A stretch of 20,000 nucleotides of DNA from an uncultured virus (IMG/VR IMGVR_UViG_3300017782_000010) (lineage: Duplodnaviria; Heunggongvirae; Uroviricota; Caudoviricetes): IMG/VR virus record IMGVR_UViG_3300017782_000010. One strand, 5' to 3'. The notes under the pieces are model-generated. The model worked only from the letters and a program-made list of their open reading frames with translations. It was not told the DNA's origin and ran no database searches. Shown in pieces: positions 16,796 through 20,000 of the stretch; position 1 is the first letter of the stretch; each line of letters starts with the position of its first letter. The position numbers were made by a program, and so were the translations under genes.

Positions 16796-16956
16796 GAACG
16801 AATATTAGAGAGTATATAAACCATTTAAAAGAGTTACACCATGAACTGAATAAGGACAAACATCCAACTAAAGAGATGAAGGTTCAGAAACTAAAACTCA
16901 AGGACGAGATATTCAAACTTGAACAACAATTCGCAGAGGAATATTGGAGTACATGA
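16792..16956 (+). CDS. DUF465/YdcH-like small coiled-coil protein (54 aa, not in ORF track)
   Basis: MRTNIREYINHLKELHHELNKDKHPTKEMKVQKLKLKDEIFKLEQQ... The L..H..L...K..KL.LKDEI pattern fits DUF465. Confidence 0.65.
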   Translation: MRTNIREYINHLKELHHELNKDKHPTKEMKVQKLKLKDEIFKLEQQFAEEYWST

Positions 16957-17123
16957 ATTACATATTTAAGATATGGCAATACGCACTAGGTAGTTATAGT
17001 GACGAAAAGACTCAACCATATGACATAGGTATGTTACTTATTAGAACGGCATGGGTTGCACTACACATTATAACGTGTCTGTTCATCATTGTAGGAAACG
17101 GAAGGGTATTAGAATTATGGTAA
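16953..17123 (+). CDS. Small membrane protein (56 aa, not in ORF track)
   Basis: MNYIFKIWQYALGSYSDEKTQPYDIGMLLIRTAWVALHIITCLFIIVGNGRVLELW. ATGA coupling to the previous gene. Confidence 0.7.
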   Translation: MNYIFKIWQYALGSYSDEKTQPYDIGMLLIRTAWVALHIITCLFIIVGNGRVLELW

Positions 17124-17353
17124 AAGACAATAGGACGTTTTATAGTAAACACATGGGTGTAGACGAATACGCAGATAGAACCGCCTGTATTTTCAAGAAC
17201 GAACATGGCCATTGGGAAGTAGATTTCTGGCAGGCAGATAAACTAATAGAAACAGTTGTCATGAAAACAGAACATGGTGATGAGGTAGTATTTCATAATG
17301 AGACATACGCTGATTCCGCCGCAGAGAATTATGTATTAGGGTATCATAGATAG
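17117..17353 (+). CDS. Hypothetical protein
   Basis: ATG 17117 overlaps the previous stop. MVKDNRTFYSKHMG...YADSAAENYVLG. Confidence 0.7.
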   Translation: MVKDNRTFYSKHMGVDEYADRTACIFKNEHGHWEVDFWQADKLIETVVMKTEHGDEVVFHNETYADSAAENYVLGYHR

Positions 17354-17430
17354 ACTACTATATAATAATGTAATCAGACTGTCGAAAGACGAATTGATTA
17401 CCCAAATGTTTAACAACGAAAAGGAGAAAT

Positions 17431-18441
17431 ATGATGTCAAACATTAAGACGATTCTAGGTCGTGACATTGACCTAGTTACAATTCAACAACAAAACCCAC
17501 AGTCAGAGATTCAACGCAAACTTCCAGATGGAGTAGATTACGTTGGTATCAAATGGCGTGAAATTCCAGAACATCCGACAGACGATAACCTTGGGGTTCG
17601 TGCATTAGGTACACCGAATGCATATGATACACTTGGGTTTGACCTCAAGAGAAACGGTTGGGATATCACCGCTGACCTTCCAGTAGAAGACGTAGATGAT
17701 GGTGAACTCAACGATGGTCGAACCAGAGAAGGTGAGATGCGTAGATTGGGTGAGAAGTGGATGCCTGTTGTGGTCGCTAAGATTGCACCAGAACTGAAAC
17801 GTGCATCTGCGGTCAAGTTAAACAATCACAGTTACTCTAAGAGAATGACGATGGATGACTGTGTTGTTGCGTTGGTTGAGGATATCGCAGATGGGTATGT
17901 ATTACCGAACCAAGATTCGATTGAGACGGCTTTGCATACACGATATAACGTATCAGAACTCTTTCACGAAGGTGGAGGCACATACACCAAGATTGTATTG
18001 AAGGTACTCGACAGAGTAAACAATGCGGATGAGGTAGTGCGTAACAAGGAAGGTTCTGGTTGGCAAGATTGGGTCAACGCAAACACGGAGTATTCTGGTA
18101 TTCATACTATCAACGCTGGAGGCAAGGCCCCACAAAGGTTCTTTGCAGACCATATAGTACCAAAGGGTAGAAAAGGCGAGAAAGTCCAAGTCATTCTATA
18201 TGCACATGAGACAACAGTAGAGAGATGTAAGGAAGTATTTCGTCTATTCAGAAAGAACACAAACAAACTCTATTCAGATGCATTTCACATGGTCATGAAC
18301 ACAGTGCCAGGCATCAAGATTGACATCCCAGAACAAGGGTATGAGATTGTCGGTATCGTTCCACAAGTACAGAATGACGTACAAAAGGATGCATACGAAA
18401 ACGGTGAACTCATCTCATGGGATGACTATATGAACCAGTAA
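17431..18441 (+). CDS. ParB/Srx-like N-terminal domain protein
   Basis: LGFDLKRNGW...LPVED...LNDGRTR...LGEKWMPVV resembles the ParBc pattern. SD AAGGAG. 336 aa. Confidence 0.6.
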   Translation: MMSNIKTILGRDIDLVTIQQQNPQSEIQRKLPDGVDYVGIKWREIPEHPTDDNLGVRALGTPNAYDTLGFDLKRNGWDITADLPVEDVDDGELNDGRTREGEMRRLGEKWMPVVVAKIAPELKRASAVKLNNHSYSKRMTMDDCVVALVEDIADGYVLPNQDSIETALHTRYNVSELFHEGGGTYTKIVLKVLDRVNNADEVVRNKEGSGWQDWVNANTEYSGIHTINAGGKAPQRFFADHIVPKGRKGEKVQVILYAHETTVERCKEVFRLFRKNTNKLYSDAFHMVMNTVPGIKIDIPEQGYEIVGIVPQVQNDVQKDAYENGELISWDDYMNQ

Positions 18442-18450
18442 AATAAATAA

Positions 18451-18478
18451 GTGTACAGGGGATAAAACCTCTGTACAC
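18451..18478. other. Intergenic hairpin directly after an ATAAATA late-promoter motif (18443-18449)
   Basis: GTGTACAGGGG-ATAAAA-CCTCTGTACAC, with only a weak U tract on +. Confidence 0.65.
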
Positions 18479-18496
18479 ATTTCCAAGAGGATAGAC

Positions 18497-18643
18497 ATGG
18501 ACAGATACGACTTATACGCATTCATCATCGCATTAACCCTTGCATTCCTTATAGGGTTTATCATGGGAGAAGGAACACTTGGTATCGCACTGGTAACAGG
18601 TCTAACCACATATATCGGTATACGACTATTGGAGTACATATGA
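18497..18643 (+). CDS. Small two-TM membrane protein (48 aa, not in ORF track)
   Basis: SD GAGGA, MDRYDLYAFIIALTLAFLIGFIMGEGTLGIALVTGLTTYIGIRLLEYI. Confidence 0.65.
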   Translation: MDRYDLYAFIIALTLAFLIGFIMGEGTLGIALVTGLTTYIGIRLLEYI

Positions 18644-18813
18644 ATAAGATGTTAATATGTCTATTGGTATCACAGAACATAGTCATCGCTGATACAGGGG
18701 AAAGAGATAGAATGTGTGTATATAAGTGTCAAAAGAACGAGAAAGAAACCGTATATACACATCCAGTATATCAATGTCCAAAGAGGTTGTATATAGATGA
18801 CAAAACAGAGTAA
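18640..18813 (+). CDS. Small Cys-containing protein (57 aa, not in ORF track)
   Basis: SD GGAG, ATGA overlap, MNKMLICLLVSQNIV...RMCVYKC...YQCPKRL. Confidence 0.6.
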   Translation: MNKMLICLLVSQNIVIADTGERDRMCVYKCQKNEKETVYTHPVYQCPKRLYIDDKTE

Positions 18814-19021
18814 GTATACACAAAGACAATGGGATAGAACAGTAGGATGGGGAACAGTACCAGATGAATATAGTCACGTTTCCACTGACAGTACAGATGG
18901 ACAAGATAGTAAGACAAGCGAAGAGAGTAGAGAAAAGGTCTATAGAACTGTTAGAGAGATACAAGAAGAATGGACACTTAATGACCCTAGATGGGATGAA
19001 AGATGGTATTGCGGAAAGTAA
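18797..19021 (+). CDS. Hypothetical protein
   Basis: SD GAGG, MTKQSKYTQRQWDRTVGWG. Overlapped by an alternative ORF at 18864-19049. Confidence 0.5.
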   Translation: MTKQSKYTQRQWDRTVGWGTVPDEYSHVSTDSTDGQDSKTSEESREKVYRTVREIQEEWTLNDPRWDERWYCGK

Positions 19022-19167
19022 TCCCAGAGAAACCCATGATATCCCATGATTCCCCATAAATTAAAAAAAGGTTAAAAAGAATATAGCTGTCTTGTCTTTA
19101 AATCCTGCGGCCTATCGGCGAATCGGGCCGAATCACCTGCCAAATATCACACGAAATCCCACGAAAT
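19021..19167. repeat. Mostly non-coding region with three sets of 10-bp-phased direct repeats
   Basis: CCCA at 19023/19033/19043/19053, CGAATC at 19119/19129, CACGAAAT at 19150/19160. Confidence 0.7.
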
Positions 19168-19206
19168 GTTACCAGAACAACCTATGGACAGACTGTCGCA
19201 CCCCAG

Positions 19207-19236
19207 AAGCCCTTGATTTATAAGGGCTTTTTCTTT
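19207..19236 (+). terminator. Stem-loop terminator (repeat copy 2)
   Basis: AAGCCCTTG-ATTTA-TAAGGGCTT followed by a T tract. Same core as 12161-12187. Confidence 0.8.
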
Positions 19237-19257
19237 GATTTTTTTTGGCGAAAGCCC

Positions 19258-19286
19258 TTGACAACTCCTTGACATTCTGGTATTAT
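19258..19286 (+). promoter_or_regulatory. Early sigma70-type promoter
   Basis: TTGACA-N17-TATTAT with extended -10 TG. A second TTGACA lies in the spacer (19269-19274). Confidence 0.85.
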
Positions 19287-19341
19287 CTGTATGTAGAGTG
19301 AGAATAAAGACTAAATCTAATAACTAATGAGAGGTATGAAT

Positions 19342-19596
19342 ATGGATAGAATGATATGGACTGACGCTGAAGCTTACATGGGTAGAGGTATTAAAGACCC
19401 AGAGAATGACCATGAGTACAACACCACTGAGTTTCACAGTGGCCCTGAGAACAAGAGAGAGTGTCCTTGTGATACTTGTCCTATGTTTGATATGTGCGCC
19501 AAGGATGGTACTGAGTGTAGTGCGTTCCGTAATTGGGGTACGAATGGTGACTTCAAGGATGCAGATGTGCAGAGGTTACTAAGGGTTGCTGCCTAA
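19342..19596 (+). CDS. Small Cys-rich (possible metal-binding) early protein
   Basis: SD GAGAGG favours ATG 19342. Motif CPCDTC-x5-C-x6-C. Confidence 0.75.
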   Translation: MDRMIWTDAEAYMGRGIKDPENDHEYNTTEFHSGPENKRECPCDTCPMFDMCAKDGTECSAFRNWGTNGDFKDADVQRLLRVAA

Positions 19597-19670
19597 TGAG
19601 AGGTATACTGTTGTTCGGACTGTTTACCTTTGTGATGTTAATGATGCTGGCCAAGTGTGCTGGTTTATAG
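19596..19670 (+). CDS. Possible 24-aa hydrophobic peptide
   Basis: TAATG coupling, MRGILLFGLFTFVMLMMLAKCAGL, fills the gap up to the next SD. Confidence 0.45.
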   Translation: MRGILLFGLFTFVMLMMLAKCAGL

Positions 19671-19680
19671 AGGAGTTGTT

Positions 19681-20000
19681 ATGAGTACAAAAGAGTTTAC
19701 TGCACAGGAGATTGCAGACATCAATAAGGATTTCGCTGTAGGTAATGCGATTACCAAGTGGAAGTTCATGCAGACACCAGAGTATGCGAGACTGCCTGAT
19801 GCGGTGAGGTTCACAGTAGAGAAGGAGTGTCTTACGCATTACTTCAACGTATTGACTGATGGTATGCCTGATTGGAAGTTGCCTATCTCTGGTACTATTC
19901 CTATTAGAGACTTGAATCCATTCAGAGCCGCCGTGGAGTATTTCACTGGTACGGAACTGTCTGTCATTGAACAGGACGGTACGAACTTCAAGGTGTTCGC
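19681..20000 (+). CDS. Hypothetical protein (3'-truncated by window edge)
   Basis: SD GAGGAG, open to the window end: MSTKEFTAQEIADINK...DWKLPISGTIP...FRAAVEYFTG. Confidence 0.8.
   Translation, partial: MSTKEFTAQEIADINKDFAVGNAITKWKFMQTPEYARLPDAVRFTVEKECLTHYFNVLTDGMPDWKLPISGTIPIRDLNPFRAAVEYFTGTELSVIEQDGTNFKVF

Noticed and set aside
19021..19167. CRISPR mini-array
   Set aside because: Repeat units are 10 bp with no spacers, and no cas genes are present.
19624..19839. Minus-strand 71-aa ORF
   Set aside because: Antisense to the SD-supported plus-strand gene starting at 19681.

Overview
Segment of a T4-like myovirus genome; gene content suggests a marine or aquatic phage, but the host cannot be determined from this window. 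From left to right: a replication and nucleotide-metabolism block (thyX, a Maf/DUF115-like gene, gp32 ssDNA-binding protein); three small hypothetical genes; a minus-strand tail/head block (tape-measure-like protein, EF-hand membrane protein, gp51-like, gp26, gp54-like, gp2, gp4); a divergent plus-strand baseplate block (gp48, gp53, hub protein); a P-loop kinase with a T4-type capsid-targeting N-terminus; and about 8 kb of accessory small genes behind repeated sigma70-type early promoters. T4-type late promoters (TATAAATA/ATAAATA) precede the structural genes. Top observation: a probable programmed -1 ribosomal frameshift (T TTT TTA) fusing gp26 to the gp51-like ORF upstream of the tape-measure gene, analogous to lambda gpG/gpGT. 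Other leads: an EF-hand holin-like protein, a putatively virion-packaged kinase, hairpin-plus-promoter cassettes, a structured RNA candidate after gp32, a non-coding region with 10-bp-phased repeats at an apparent A/T skew switch, and apparent absence of GATC. All family assignments come from motif recognition, not database searches.
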